A DNA stretch of 57,003 bases, filler included, from Sphacelaria rigidula (Eukaryota), in the NCBI GenBank assembly GCA_964200075.2. It is 7 parts of 7 records of this genome, joined end to end, with 100 filler letters (N's around TTAATTAATTAA, not from the genome) between each part and the next. Parts side by side here need not be neighbours in the genome. Positions count along the whole stretch, not along the records: positions 24,476 to 32,533 come from CAXNAA020012467.1; positions 32,634 to 40,691 come from CAXNAA020012468.1; 5 more parts are not named here. One strand, written 5' to 3'. Positions 25,550 to 38,800 of the stretch are shown here, piece after piece (the first letter of the stretch is position 1; each line of letters begins with the position of its first letter). Both the position numbers and the translations under genes were made by a program. The notes beneath the pieces were generated by a model, which had not been told where the DNA came from, searched no databases, and saw only the letters and a program-made list of their open reading frames with translations.

Positions 25550-26712
25550 GACTATACCTTCCTGCGAAGCTGTGTCTTCCAAATCAACGGGAGCGTGGAG
25601 CCATTGCGCTTCGAGCTATTTGGGGGATTCTGGCGCTCACTTGACGGGTCAACTGAGTCTATCGGTGCAGATTGTAGAGGTGTTGGAGCGGTTCCTCCTG
25701 GGTGTGCCGCTGCGCATTCCGTTTTCGCTCGGGGCTCGGCAGGCCGCCACCGCGTCGGGTCAGCTTTTTACGTCACAGAGCCGCTGCAGCTGACTTTTAC
25801 GACTCCCTCGGGGCCGGCGCCGTTGCCTCCGATCTCGTTTTCGATCATCCCGGGGTCGAATGGTGTCATTCTTCTGGGGTTGCCGACGCTTCAGGATCTT
25901 GGAGTCGACCCGTATGTGCGGTTGTGGGACTCCATGAAGACACGGATGTCTCCGCCTGGTCACACTTGGAGACGCCCGCTTTTTTGGGCAGTCGTCGCGT
26001 GAGCTTGTCGGTGGATGCTTTCCAGGAGGCTGGAGGGCAGGTGACCAAAGAGCGGGATGCGGCGGTGGCACGCTTGGTAGAGCGCGGCCCGGAGATGTTC
26101 ATGATTCCGACGGAAGAGGAGTCCGCTCGGAAGGTCGTGCTGGAGGAGAGCGTGACGAATGCTGTGGCGAAAGGCCTCAGCTTCTCAAAAGCGGAGCACC
26201 TGCGCGGCATATTGCATCGCGGCGTCAACGCGTTCGTCGTGCGCTGCGGGGTCCCCTGCGCGCGTGGAGCCCATGCGCGTTCAGCTCAAACCTGGGGCGT
26301 CCGCGGTGAAGATGAAGCCGCGGCGGCACGATCCAATGAAGTCGAGTTGGTTGGCGTTGTGTGCGGCGGCTCTTTTGGCTCTCAGGTTGGTGTTATGAAA
26401 CTTGCAGGCGGAGTGGTCTTGCCCAGATATGGCGTTTGCGAAAAAGGCTACATTGTGGACGGAGGACAGGCTGCAGGCGTGGGCGGCAGCGAAGGATCTG
26501 GTGGCTCATGCCGTGACGCTATTCCATCCTCGTCCTGATTGTCACGTGTTTATGTTTCCGGATGCATCTGAGTGCCATTGGGGTAGTTTGGACGTGCAGG
26601 TGCCTAAAGTTGCTATGCAAAGACGCTTGCCGGTTGAGGATATGACGCATGAACCGCTGGCTTTCCTCAGTGATAATTTCAAGAGTTCGCAGTTGCGTTG
26701 GACCACAATTGA
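25550..26712 (+). mobile_element. Gypsy pol fragment of the same family as 319-5868 (protease, RT N-terminus, RNase H start)
   Basis: DSGAH..., GVILLGLPTLQDLGVDP, RVQLKPGASAVK, VFMFPDASECHWG...HEPLAFLS. Confidence 0.9.
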
Positions 26713-28236
26713 CAGTTACAGTATAGGCAGTAGCAAAGAAAGCCGCAGCCCCAAGAAAGGGAGGTTGGCAAGCTAGCCCTGATGTTCAGCTCGTAATACA
26801 GGCTGGCGGCTCTCTGCCCAGTACAAAATTGCAGCTGCTGTTCGGGTAATCACAGCCCAAGCCTTCAGAAAATTACAATCGATCGATATGGTGGAGGAAG
26901 GGGGACTATGATAATACAAACACAGCCTCACAACTCACGTTGGTCGGCTGTGGACTTATAGACCCAGTAGAATTGCAGAGATCAGCGCGGTAGGTGATGT
27001 TTGGAGGCTCTTGTTGAATTAGTGTTTCTACTGTAACTCTATATCCAAAAGATGTCGGTTGTTCAGTCGGTGACATGTAAACAGCTGGGGGGGCGAGGGC
27101 CTCTGCAAGAACCTCCTTCGTGGCCACGCATACAGCTGTCATACGAGCTGGGCCAGCTTAAAAGCTGTTTCCCGAATGAACCCGATGTAAGCATATCACT
27201 GTGAAGTGTAGACCAACCTGGTGACACACGGCACCGCCGCTGAATGAAAAAAAAATGAAAAAATATACCGCATAATGCATGACCTTAACAACGGACGAAA
27301 CAAAAAAAGTATCTGTTGGGATTCGAACTTATGACCTCCATAATTGGAGTCTCCCATCACTTGACTTATAGGGGTGCAGCAGCGTCAGGGATAATGTTGA
27401 AAGCACGGCTCAATTCGACGACTCTTGAGCTGAAATTTCGGGAAGACCTTCTGCACTCAAGGAACTGGTACTTCACGTGTCCAGCTGCAGATTCTCATGT
27501 TTTCCCTGAACTTGAGACATTATCTTGTTTTTGCTGAAATTTCGAGTGTCTATTTTTTTGTTTTTCTTCGCTGCTCACTTGATCTTTTGCATTTCGATTA
27601 CAAACAGCTTCTATCAAAATCTCAGCTTCCAACCTCTAGCATCGCGCCGTGCGTCGCCTGAGCGAGATTCACATCTACTCTTGGCTGGCCTAGCTCGTAT
27701 ATAAAACCAGCCTGACGCGTCGTTTTTTTGGCCAACCAAGGCGCCAGCAGGAGCGTCCCTATTTGGCTAATCATGCACAGACCAAGCTTCAAATTCCGAA
27801 TGTACCGCTATATCCAATATCTATTTCACAAGCACGCATTTGACTGTACCCCTTTTCTCTTCCTCGTTATACGTTCTGACAACGATCGAGGTACCCCAAG
27901 TGCTAAGTTATTTCACGCACGCGGTGATATACCATTACATCAGCCAACCCTGGGTCGTGACAAGTGCGGTTCCTTTTCAGAAGAAACGAATTTGCATCGA
28001 GACACACCAATCCCACACCATAAAATACCGAGACTGATTTTAAAGGTCAAGCATTTTTCGGTACGGGGAACGATAAGGTACGACCGACACAAAAACAAAA
28101 AACAAAACAAAAAAACAGCGATCGAACTGATATGCAAAAAACGTAGTGTCCTTAAATACCGTGAGAATTCCAGGGGGAATCGTAGGAAACGTGAAAAAAC
28201 AAATGAAAAAGAAAGAAACACACAAGAACAATCAAA

Positions 28237-28693
28237 CCGATATAGACACGGGATCTTACAAATTGGGGGTGGATCTTTTATTAGGGATGAGAAACCCGGA
28301 AAATTAAAATCTTCGTATCTACACCAAATCTTCAAAATATGGCTTCATTTCTTCACCTACTGATAGATATTGACAACTGCTACACGCCATGGACATTTGG
28401 ATGTTGATCATCGAAATGTTGGGGTCCTAGGTGAAAAACCAATTTTGGGGAATTCTGGGTGTTCGAACGGACGCCAAAATGGTCCCGAAATTGTTTTTCA
28501 ACTAGGACCACATTTCGGTGATTGAAATCCAAATTTCTAAGGCGTGTAGCAGTTGTCAATAGCCATCAGTTGGTGAAGAAGTAGGAACATATTTCGAAGA
28601 TTTGGTGTAGATACGAAGATTTTAATTCTCCGGGTTTCTTATCCCGAATGAAAGATCCATCCCCAATATGTAAGATCCCGTGTTTATACTCGG
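28237..28693. repeat. Long foldback element (~455 bp)
   Basis: acacgggatcttaca...taaaatcttcgtatctacaccaaatcttc... is mirrored by ...gaagatttggtgtagatacgaagatttta...tgtaagatcccgtgt. Confidence 0.9.
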
Positions 28694-29126
28694 AATCAAA
28701 TCTCGAATTCGAACTGGAAAGACGGAGTTAGTAAAGGATGGTGCTGCACCTGCTGCGACAACCATGCGTTGGCCAGTTGCACGAAAATGATCATAACCAA
28801 CAGTATTTGTAGGCAATCCATTCCAAACTAAGTACGACGATTGAGGCTGCAAACTGCCCAGCACCGATGCGTGGGCTGTGGTCGTCAGCCCACCCACGCC
28901 TACCGCCGGCATTTTTCCCAGTGAAAGTGGTGTTTAGAGACCTCTATACCCGTTCCTGCCAAAAATATATACAACGTCTTCGATGGGATCGGTGAAACGT
29001 CCCATGGGGGGTTCATCGATAGGTTGGAGCTGGTGTGGGCAAGCGTGACAGGAAGTCGACGTTTGCATTTTGCTGGCCTGTGCGATATTTCAACTGGAAG
29101 TTGTAAGACGACAGGATTTCGAACCA

Positions 29127-31450
29127 TCATTGTACCCTAGCGTTGGGTTCCGCCGTTGTGGCGAGGCTTCCCCAAGACTTATGATCCGTATAAATCACAA
29201 ACGAAATGCCATACGAATACTGACGCAGACGTCGCACGCCCCAAACAACTACGCCGGTCTCTTGTTCCATGACAGACCAATCCTGTTCATTTCGAAAAGT
29301 GATTCGACTCAGATATACAATGGGATGAATAGTAGCATCGTTTTGCTCCTGTTCTAAAGTGCCGCCTAACCCAATTTTGGAAGAATCTGTGTGAAGACCG
29401 AAAGGGCGGGAACCATGCTCCGCGGCCGAACAGTCGGGGAAGACGAGAATCGGCGGGAGAGAAAGGGTGTCAAGAAGACGGCGGGCGATTTTTTCCATTT
29501 CCGATGTAAACACGAACTTTACCTTTTTTTTGAGGAGGGTGGTGAGGAGTTTGAGCATTTGGGTAAGGTGTGGCAAGTACTGTCTGTAGTAGCTTAAACC
29601 TCTCAACAAGGAATTCAGTTGAGAAATATCTCGTGACATGGGCATATCGGCGAGTGCGGCGATGTTGTTGAGGTTTGGGCTACGACCTCCGGGGGGTGAT
29701 GCATTGGCCCAGGAACTCAATCTTCGTGGCGTCAATGCGGAGTTTGGAGGGGGCGGGTTTCAATTTATGTTGTTCAAGTCGACCAAAGAAAGATGACAAT
29801 TTTTCTACGTGTTCGGCCGATGTGCAATCGTGGCACATCGCATCATCAAGGTACATATGGCATTTGGGCAAACCATCAGTAACACGGAACATCACACATG
29901 TTGAAACGCATCTGGGGCTCCGGCGGCACCTTGTGGTGTAACCAGCCACCCGTACAAACCTGATGGCGTGCGAAACGCCGTCAGTTCAATGGAATTCAGA
30001 CCCATCACGAGTTGATGGTAGCCAGACTGCCTGTCAAAGTTCGAAAATCTTATCCTTGTCAAGAGTGTCATTAATTTAATCAATCCATGGCAGAGGCAGC
30101 CGGACGATTTCGGTGACAGCGTTCAATCGTTTATAATTGACCGTCAGTCTGATTTTGCCATTCCACTTGCGGACGACTACTAGAGGCGAGGCCCACGGAG
30201 ACGTCGAGTGCCGAATTCAACCGGCGGATAAGTAACCATCGAGAATTACTTAGATCTTATCCGTTAAGAGAGGGTTCGTACGGTACGGACGCACAGCGAC
30301 AGGTGGAGTGCCATCAGGGATTTTGATTTTGAACAGTGTCGTGGTACATCGACCTAAATCCAAGGGTGCAGTAGAAATCGTCCAGCATATCTAATCGAGA
30401 TAGATCTCAGCCTATCGATTACAGTGGGTGTCTAACCATCGCCGGATAGATCGAAAAGAATATGCCGCAGATGAGGGGGGATGTCATCCGACAACTTTTG
30501 GTCATGGGCGCGTTGTTCTAGGTAAAATCTGACCAGTAATGCAGTTGGGGATTCAGGTTCAGGCGCATCTGGTGGATTTGTCACCACCATGGGGTCAGGC
30601 ATTTGTAGCGGAGGGTGGCCCGTGGGTTTCGGGGCGTCGGTTGAAAAGTTGATTCCCTCAGGGGGGCACACATCTGACGGGGCATTTCGTAGGAGAGGCT
30701 CTTGAGCATAACCCAACAACTGTCCGTTGAGTATATCGAAACATGCAGGGGACGTGAGGTAAATAGTCTGCCGGCCTTCATGAACAAATACTTCAGTTTT
30801 TTCGAACGGACCAACCTGTGATAAGTCAGGTTTGAGCAATTCGACCGAATAATGTCCTGTGAGAGCGGGTGATCCATTGCGTCTCACGAGGTTCACATGG
30901 TTTAGTTGGGGCTCCCGAGAAAGCACGACGATAGGTTCACCAACATAATACAGACAGAAAGCATTACCTGTTTATGTAGGGTTTTCTTTGAAGGCATGAA
31001 CCCTCGAATCAGTGTCGAAGTGACCCAGTGGCAGTTTGCCTGTGATTGGACGGTTCGGAACCGGTTTGTCCGACGTATATGTGTGTGGAAAAACGAGGCC
31101 AACTATCTCGACCCAACAAAACATCAAAAGACATGGAACCATCCGGCACAATTAGTGCCCATACGAATAACCGAGCTGTGGGAGTAGTGTCCTGGAAGAA
31201 TTTTACACTGAGTCTCACCGATTGATTAACCGTAAGGGATGTGGAGGAGCCAAACCCATCAAAACCACGAGGGTGCACGGTGGAAAGACGAGGCTTGTCC
31301 GCCGCGCCCGCGTTGGTCGTATGTTGTCAGTAGCCGACTGTAATGAACGCTTGAGACGAACCTGAATCTGGCAGTGCAAAAGCTATCAAATGACAGTTTG
31401 CACGCGCTCCACTGGGTAAACCTATCGTGGTCGTGGAAGAGGCACCATCC
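29127..31450 (-). mobile_element. Second, distinct decayed Ty3/Gypsy pol (protease, RT, RNase H)
   Basis: ALPDSGSSQAFI, FDVLLGRD; SGYHQL..TAFRTPSGLY..PQG; MYLDD; LHTDSSKIGLGGTLEQ..IVYLSR..IYTDHKS. Confidence 0.88.
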
Positions 31451-32849
31451 ATAGTTGCAGTACCACTGACGAGATCGGGCCCGAATCTGGGTAAGATATC
31501 TGACACATCTTGCTTTGCGCTTTGAACGTTGGTGCTAAAATACACTCGTTGAAGATCCTTTGGAACAAGATTTTGGCGAAAGGATGGTGCGTGCATGGAG
31601 TGTCAGTGTTCGTACCTGAAATATGTTTCTCATATGTCGAGGGTTGAATCTCATATGCTGCAACGGAGAGGCGGTGCCGGGGAAGGGCAGTTGTTGTTGT
31701 GATTGGACCCCACAACTGGTTTGTGCGTGATGTTTCACCCTTATTGGCCAAAAGACGGAGCGGATCGTCATTGTGCAAAGTGGTATTAATTATGTTATCC
31801 AGCTTGGTCAGAACGGGGGACGATTCATCGGGGCACGGTGTCGAATTCGATACGCCAACCAACTCAATACCGTCAAGGCTTAGGGCGAACTTGTGCGGTT
31901 TTGGAGACGATTCGTCAGGACGCGGGGTTGGTAGAGCTGTGCTGTTCAACCCGCCGTTTATTGTAGGGACCAACGTGGGCGAGTAAGGAGACGAGTCGTC
32001 TTGCGTAACACTTCGTCTGCCTGGTGACGAACACACGATTGAGGTGTCTTGATAACTAGGATGCCGACGTCCATGAGTCGGCGAAGTCTCTGTCCCTACA
32101 GACGGCGACGCTTAATCGGAAATGGGTTCTAACGGAGTGCACGAGGGGTGGTCAGGGAGCAGTAACGATATGTTCGAAACCTGGGGAGTACGGGCCTGTT
32201 CCACTCTAAGCTTTCGATCTGTTTGAGCCCACACGCAATCTCTTCCTTGGAGTTCACGTGCGCTTGCTACATCAGGGTTATCTACATGATCATCTAGAGG
32301 AACCCGCCTAGGGTGACGCGTATAGCGCACGAAAGGGTCGGCGGCTCCAGGAGCTATTGAAATGAGATCTCGGACAGTCGAACCTAGGTCACGCTCTTGG
32401 CGCACAATCTGAGTCGCTGTCACTCCGGATTCCATTCCAACCCGCTGAGCGACGGAAAGCATGGAACAACAAATTGTGCGAATTGAGGTTGAACTCCGAG
32501 ATAAGGTTCAAGCCTAAAACAGTGCTTTCCCCANNNNNNNNNNNNNNNNNNNNNNNNNNNNNNNNNNNNNNNNNNNNTTAATTAATTAANNNNNNNNNNN
32601 NNNNNNNNNNNNNNNNNNNNNNNNNNNNNNNNNTACACATCCTCTGTGCCGGACACCGCCTGCCTTCAGGTCGGCGGGGGGGGGGGGGGGGGGGGGGGGG
32701 CATTGTACGTGAAAACCCAACACGAAAATACCGAAATTACCTAAGCTAGAGCTCATCATTAATATGGTCCTCCAATTACTGCTACCGCTTTATCTCCTTT
32801 CAGAAAACCGACCGTTGTACGTATGAGTACACGGCACGTGGACACTTGC

Positions 32850-35800
32850 CTCCCAGCCAGCCACACCTCCGTCTCCGTGGGCATTCCAGGCGGCAGCCCT
32901 GTCGACGCCTTCGTTTTGATCCTTTGTGGTGGTGTCCCGCAGTCGCAAAACCCACTGTCCACTCACCGCCGTACCTCGAAACGCGGCCGTCAAGCTCTGT
33001 TCTGCTTGAATGGGATCCCACTCTGGTCGTGCCGGAACCGGGTTAGATCGGGATGATCTACGACGACAGCAAATTGCAACGGCGATAAGAGCAGCATACA
33101 AGAGACGAGAGGCGAGAGACGGGCGACGAGAGACAGCAAACAAAAGAATGCGTCGAACGAAAAAGGAAAGTGTGATGCTTTTTCGCTAAAAAGATATTTC
33201 CCGTTGCCGGTGTACATTTTTTCTGTCGTGTTCCTCTGTATGTTCTGATTGATCTTTTTACTTCTTCACAAGTGGGATATCATGGCTTTTCTACAACTTG
33301 AATGCGTCTTCAGAATAGCGCGTTTTCGAAATCAGGCAGTATCCAGATATCGAAGCTATCATGATGCTTTGCCACATCGTCTCGGCAGATGAATTTGAAA
33401 AAAATAAATGATAAGGTAATGCTCAAACATGGACGTCCATGTATTCGGCATGGCCTTAAATGGTACTTTAGGTGATCCAGTGCATCAGCGGCTCTCTGTA
33501 AGTGTCTTCTCGCACTATTTCGAGTGCATAACATCCCGTTCTGTCAGCCCTTGCGTGTTTCTTACTGTCGGGCTTACTTCACCTTCTCATAACAGAGGCA
33601 AACACACACAACGCACAGCAATAGAGCGCGCCGCTAATTGCTACACCTGAGTTGTTGATGATGTAACATTAACTCGCCTGCCGTGTATCCAGCCGAGGTC
33701 ATAGAATGACCGCACCCAAGGTGAACGAGGATAAACCATCCGCTGCAGGAATCTCGAGGACCGCAGACCCAAGCAGAGGAAGACAGGCTACTATAGTGAG
33801 GCGGTTCGTTACCTTTCAATCAAACATCAGTGAGTCATACGTCGTGTCGTATTGCCGGCCATCCACTTCCATGTTCGAAGCTTGCGGTAGCACCAGAACG
33901 CAGTATATGTGTCTAGAATCTAGAAAACAGCTGCCTTTCGGAGTGGCAGCTTCACAGTAAGCCTTTATTTTTTGTTTTTTACACGCATTTCATCATGAAG
34001 AGGTTGACTATTTGAAGCGAAACTTTCCTCCAGAAGAAGGATTCTTATGCTGAATCGTGCATGGGTCAAACATCCCTCCAATTTGTTTCTTGTTCTGATG
34101 GTACTGTATAAAAGACAACATTGCGTGCCGTGCGTATTGATATCCACTGCCGAACCATTTCCCGGTTGGTGCTAACGTGGTCTGCCGGTATTCTGCACCC
34201 CTTTCAAGTAGGTTCGTTGCTGTCATGAATTGTTGATACACGAGCATACTGTAAACGTGTACGCTAATAATTGTGTTCAAACCTCATATTTGGGCTGGTC
34301 GTTTGTACGTCAATACAATTTATTCTTTACACCATGTGCCCTGTTTAACTTCCCAATAGCGTATTTTCTGTCTACACTGAAGGCCCCTGGTTCATCTGGT
34401 GCGCCTTAACTGTGGTTTGCAAGCCCCGCACCCCCCTGCATTTTGCGGAACAATCTTAGCAGGATGCAGGTTACCCTTCTGCGGCTCGCCGGACACGTCA
34501 CGGTGCTTCGCGCCTGGTGATTGATCGCGAGCCTCGTCCGACGAAAACCCGACGTGCTCCGTTCCGGCGTTGTAGGGATGAGAGATCAATTGTCATATGG
34601 CTAAATGCAAGATCATGAGTACAACCTCTACCATTTTGAGGGTTGGGGTCGTTCGGCAGCGCCGCTGTAAACACACCACTCACTGGGTACGCTAGGCAAC
34701 CGGATTACCGTTTCCTTTTTCGCTTGCGCTGTTCTCTGTAACCATGATGGTGATCGAGCTAGATCATATTGTGCGGGGTGGAAAACCTGAACTCCGCGCA
34801 AAGAGGATGACCCTACTACGTAGTGTTTAAATGGTGAGACACCCACAAGGCAGTGTGGAACTCGTGGGTGTCTCTGGAAATAGCGATGCCACAAAATGAA
34901 GCAGCATGTTGTAGGCTGCCATCCATATGCAATATAACTAGTACGCTTCGAGCCGAAAAATCTTCGCAGAATGCAGCTCACTCTTCGTGAGACTTGCTTG
35001 ACATATCACGGCGCTTCGCGCTTGGTGATGGCGAGCCTGGTCCGGCGAAAACCCGGCGTGTCTCGTCTTGGCTTTGCAAGGATGCGAGATAAAAAAGGTT
35101 TGCAAGTACGGCATGCAAGATTATAAGCACCGCCCCCCCCGTTCTCCTCCTAAGCACCCACGGTTGATTAGTTAACAAAACGACGATCGGTAAAAATACT
35201 ATCGAGGAATACTGTATCATCACTCAATAACCGTGTGTCGGGTGGAGACTGGAGCGTGGAACTACTGTTCGTTGCTTTCAACCCAAGAATGACCGTCCAT
35301 TCGGTTTGACTGAAAAATGACATATTACGCCTGTTCCGGCAAAACGAAAAACGGTTTGCCGTGATGTGTGATCCAGTACTGTATATGGCTGAACAGCAGC
35401 CGAGTTCGGGGCGGAACGAGTCGCCTGACACGTGACGAATGTAAACGCGTCACGTGCGTTCCAGTGTGTGTGTGCATGCGTATCTGCGTGTATCCTTGAT
35501 TCTTCTCACTTGGAGAGTGGTAGAAAGGACAACTCGTACAGCTCCACCTCGCTGACGGATAGATAGCCAGATCCCTCCAGCTGAATGCGAACCACGCGAC
35601 TGCTCACCCCGCTGGGCACAGGAATGTTCACTTCGGGAGAATTGTCGGGAACATACGACGAGAATGTGGCGTTGGCCTTGCCTGCTTCCAGAGATGTCGA
35701 GCTGTTGAAGGGAGAAGGTTCAGAACGTGGTACAAATCGGAGATGTAGTTGTTGACAAAAGGGTCGAGGGATGGAGACGGGAGGGAGGGGCGACCTTAGA

Positions 35801-38800
35801 CCGCAAAGAAGTGTACTTACTCGTTCTGAGTCCACATGTGCCGATTAAAGTGAGTGCTTCCGTTTTGTTCACCGTGAGTACCTCTATCTTGTGACCCTGT
35901 AATAGTGGGATCCTATGGGTCGCCAGCTAATGTTGGACAATCGATTGCTCGAACAGCCAACTAATGCGAATGTTTTGGTGATCCCACTGCGATCGCATGA
36001 ATGGTCCTGCAGCATTGATATTCCGAGAGTTTTTGCAGTCAGCGAGTCAGTGATCCTATAGCAACCAATGAACATACAGCTACGAGGGAAGGTGGGTTCG
36101 TAGGCCCTTCGTACGTTTTGTTGGCGCAGGTCGAACCGGTTGCACGGGCGGATCGCGTATCGACCGAGCCGGAAACATTGGTACGGTGGTCACTGATCTG
36201 AAGGGAGACCGATTGGTATCTCACTCAACACTGAGAACAATTCGACGACCTTGAGCGCAACATGAGCGCAAGTGAAACCGGCCTTGACCGAAAAAAGGAT
36301 AAGAAGTAAACAAGAATAGTTTTATTTCCCAAGGAGAAACATGTTTAAATCGCTGACGAGTACAAACTGTCCGTTTTCTTACCAATCGTTGAGATCCATG
36401 CAAGCAGCGACGATGGGTCAAAATGAGCGCATGGACAACAGGTACCTAGGGCGATAAAACAATGATGGAAAAAATACAAACCCAGAAATGTAATCAAGTA
36501 AGTATTCAATTTTCTGGTCATCGTCAAAATGAAATTAGGTTTGGCTCATGAGCGGCCATTGCAGTAAAATGAAAGCAGCATATGCGAGGAAAAGTCAAAC
36601 GCCCAATCGGTGCAATTGGACGTTGGCCATCCTCAACACACGGCTATGAGCAGATTGGTTGCTAGTCTTTTTATATTCGATGATGCTTTCAGCACACAGC
36701 GGCCACGTCAATATACCGAACCACAACCCAGAACCCACCAGAGAGCAGGCCAGCCGACATACAAAACGCACTGCAAAGCCACGATAACGCGTAAGTCAGC
36801 GAGAACAGGGGCTAGGGAAACACGCGAGGACCGACTGAAAAAGCAATGACATCATGTAGTACACCGCTGGAGGTGATAGGGTACGCAAGCAGCGGCATGA
36901 TGGCCATCTACTGTTGTAACAGCTGCCAGCAAAGCACCCTGCGCAGAAGTGAGCATTCGTTTTTGCCGCTGGCCGTGCGACGGGCGCCCTATATTTGCCT
37001 TTACGATAATCAAGTGGCGAACTCCGTCATAGATATCCAATCATGAGAGCTGCGCGTTGACTACCCATGCGCACCATCCTGGCCCATGTAGCCAGTACAA
37101 ATCAGTAGCGATACACGATATGACTACGGATATAGTGTTTGCGGTGAGCTCGGTGTTCCCCACACATGCCGTTGCTGCACTGGGATCAATCCCGTGAGCC
37201 GCTCGTGGCTGTGAAGGGGGGTGCGCTACCAGCTTAAAATTTTGCTGCTGTTGCAGTACGGCACGTTCCGGTGCTTGTCAATTTTTTCTTCCAGCAGGTG
37301 ACGGGAATCCACTCCTGCAAAAGTACAGGTCGTACTGTGTGTAGCGCGACCTTGACAAGTGCATACTGAGTGTCACGCCGAGCATTGTCTTTCTTGGCGA
37401 CTCCTAGCGGTAGCGTTCATTTTTCACCAACAAATACTCTCGAACAGGCCTTTTGATTGTTGATGGGCCACGGTGGCGAGAAGGGTTGAGCTATTTCGGA
37501 AGCATACACGAAGTAGACCAGTTCTCCAAGTTATACCCTCAGACATCTGGCTTCGCCTATCCTCACGATAAAAACAAGAGAGTATTCATGTATTGAACCC
37601 AGGTTGACTTGCCCACTCCTCGTATCACCCCTTGAGTTCTTCATCGAGGAGAGTGGTATTTTGTTTTTCACCGAGTACGCAAGGGTGCCCCTTCCTTTTG
37701 TCAGCACCATCTACGAATTGCTTCAACTCGTGAAGACAAGCAACATGGCGCGTTCATGTAGGAAGGCGCTCCATGTGTATCTCGAATGCTTTGCCGCTGT
37801 GCGTGTGTCATGGGTTGCGGGTTGGACACATCTCCGTCTGTTATTTCTCTGTTTACTAAATGAGCGTGAAAAGTCACAGTACGGGTGAGAGCAAACACCG
37901 GTGATCTCTCGAACGATGGTTGATGTGACGGTTCACACATAGCGTACCGCTGCTCCCGCCCCGCCCCGCCGCTACTACGATTGCGTATTCTCACTGGCTT
38001 GAGAGATTCGCTTGCCTTTCAGCAGCCTCGACGGAATCGAACACCATCACCCAGCTCGGCCCATGTACGGCGTTGATCTTGTGACTGACGCCTTCCCAGT
38101 ACACTCTGCGGAGGGAGTGAAAGGAAGGCGGAAGACGGCAGAAGCACTCCAATATAGGAGTGCGCTCGAAGTGCACTCGAAAGGTTAGTTGCAACTCTGC
38201 TGGGCCACGTGCTCTCCAGTTTCCTCCTCTCCCCGCCCTACTCTCCTTCTCTTTTCGCTTCATTAAAACTGGCAACATTCCTTCCCGAGTGTGTGTTTGT
38301 CTGTTGGGGGAGGGGGGGGTAGGGGCGGGTGCTAACGCCCCCCCCCCACGCACGTCCACACACTCCGGAAGACCACCATACACGAACCCAAACCCCCACC
38401 CATCCACGAAGAGANNNNNNNNNTTTGTCGGGGGGGGGGGGGGGGGGTGGGGGGGGGTGCTAACCCCCCCCCCCCCGAAGATACAAACGACTAAGGCAAG
38501 CAACAATTAAGTACGCCCCCCCCCCCCCCGGAGGTATCGCAATTTGATAAAAAATCAACCCGCAAAACGAACAGGATTGAGTGTTTCTTTGCGAGGGGGG
38601 CATTATTGCTTCTCTTTTTGCCTGAATTTATGCGTTGATTTGTTTCATCATAAGACTAGTCATCACGAAAGGAAACGAAGAGTGTTCGGTAGTATGAAGC
38701 CCTCAGGTCTGTGAGTCCATCGGATGAGCTAGTACTCAACTAATTTTGCCGGAGAAACAGAATACTCGTGCTGTCGGCGGTTAAACGATCATTTAGCAGA

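Noticed and set aside
27728-28363. 211-aa Lys-rich ORF
   Set aside because: It derives from A-rich low-complexity sequence and a foldback arm.
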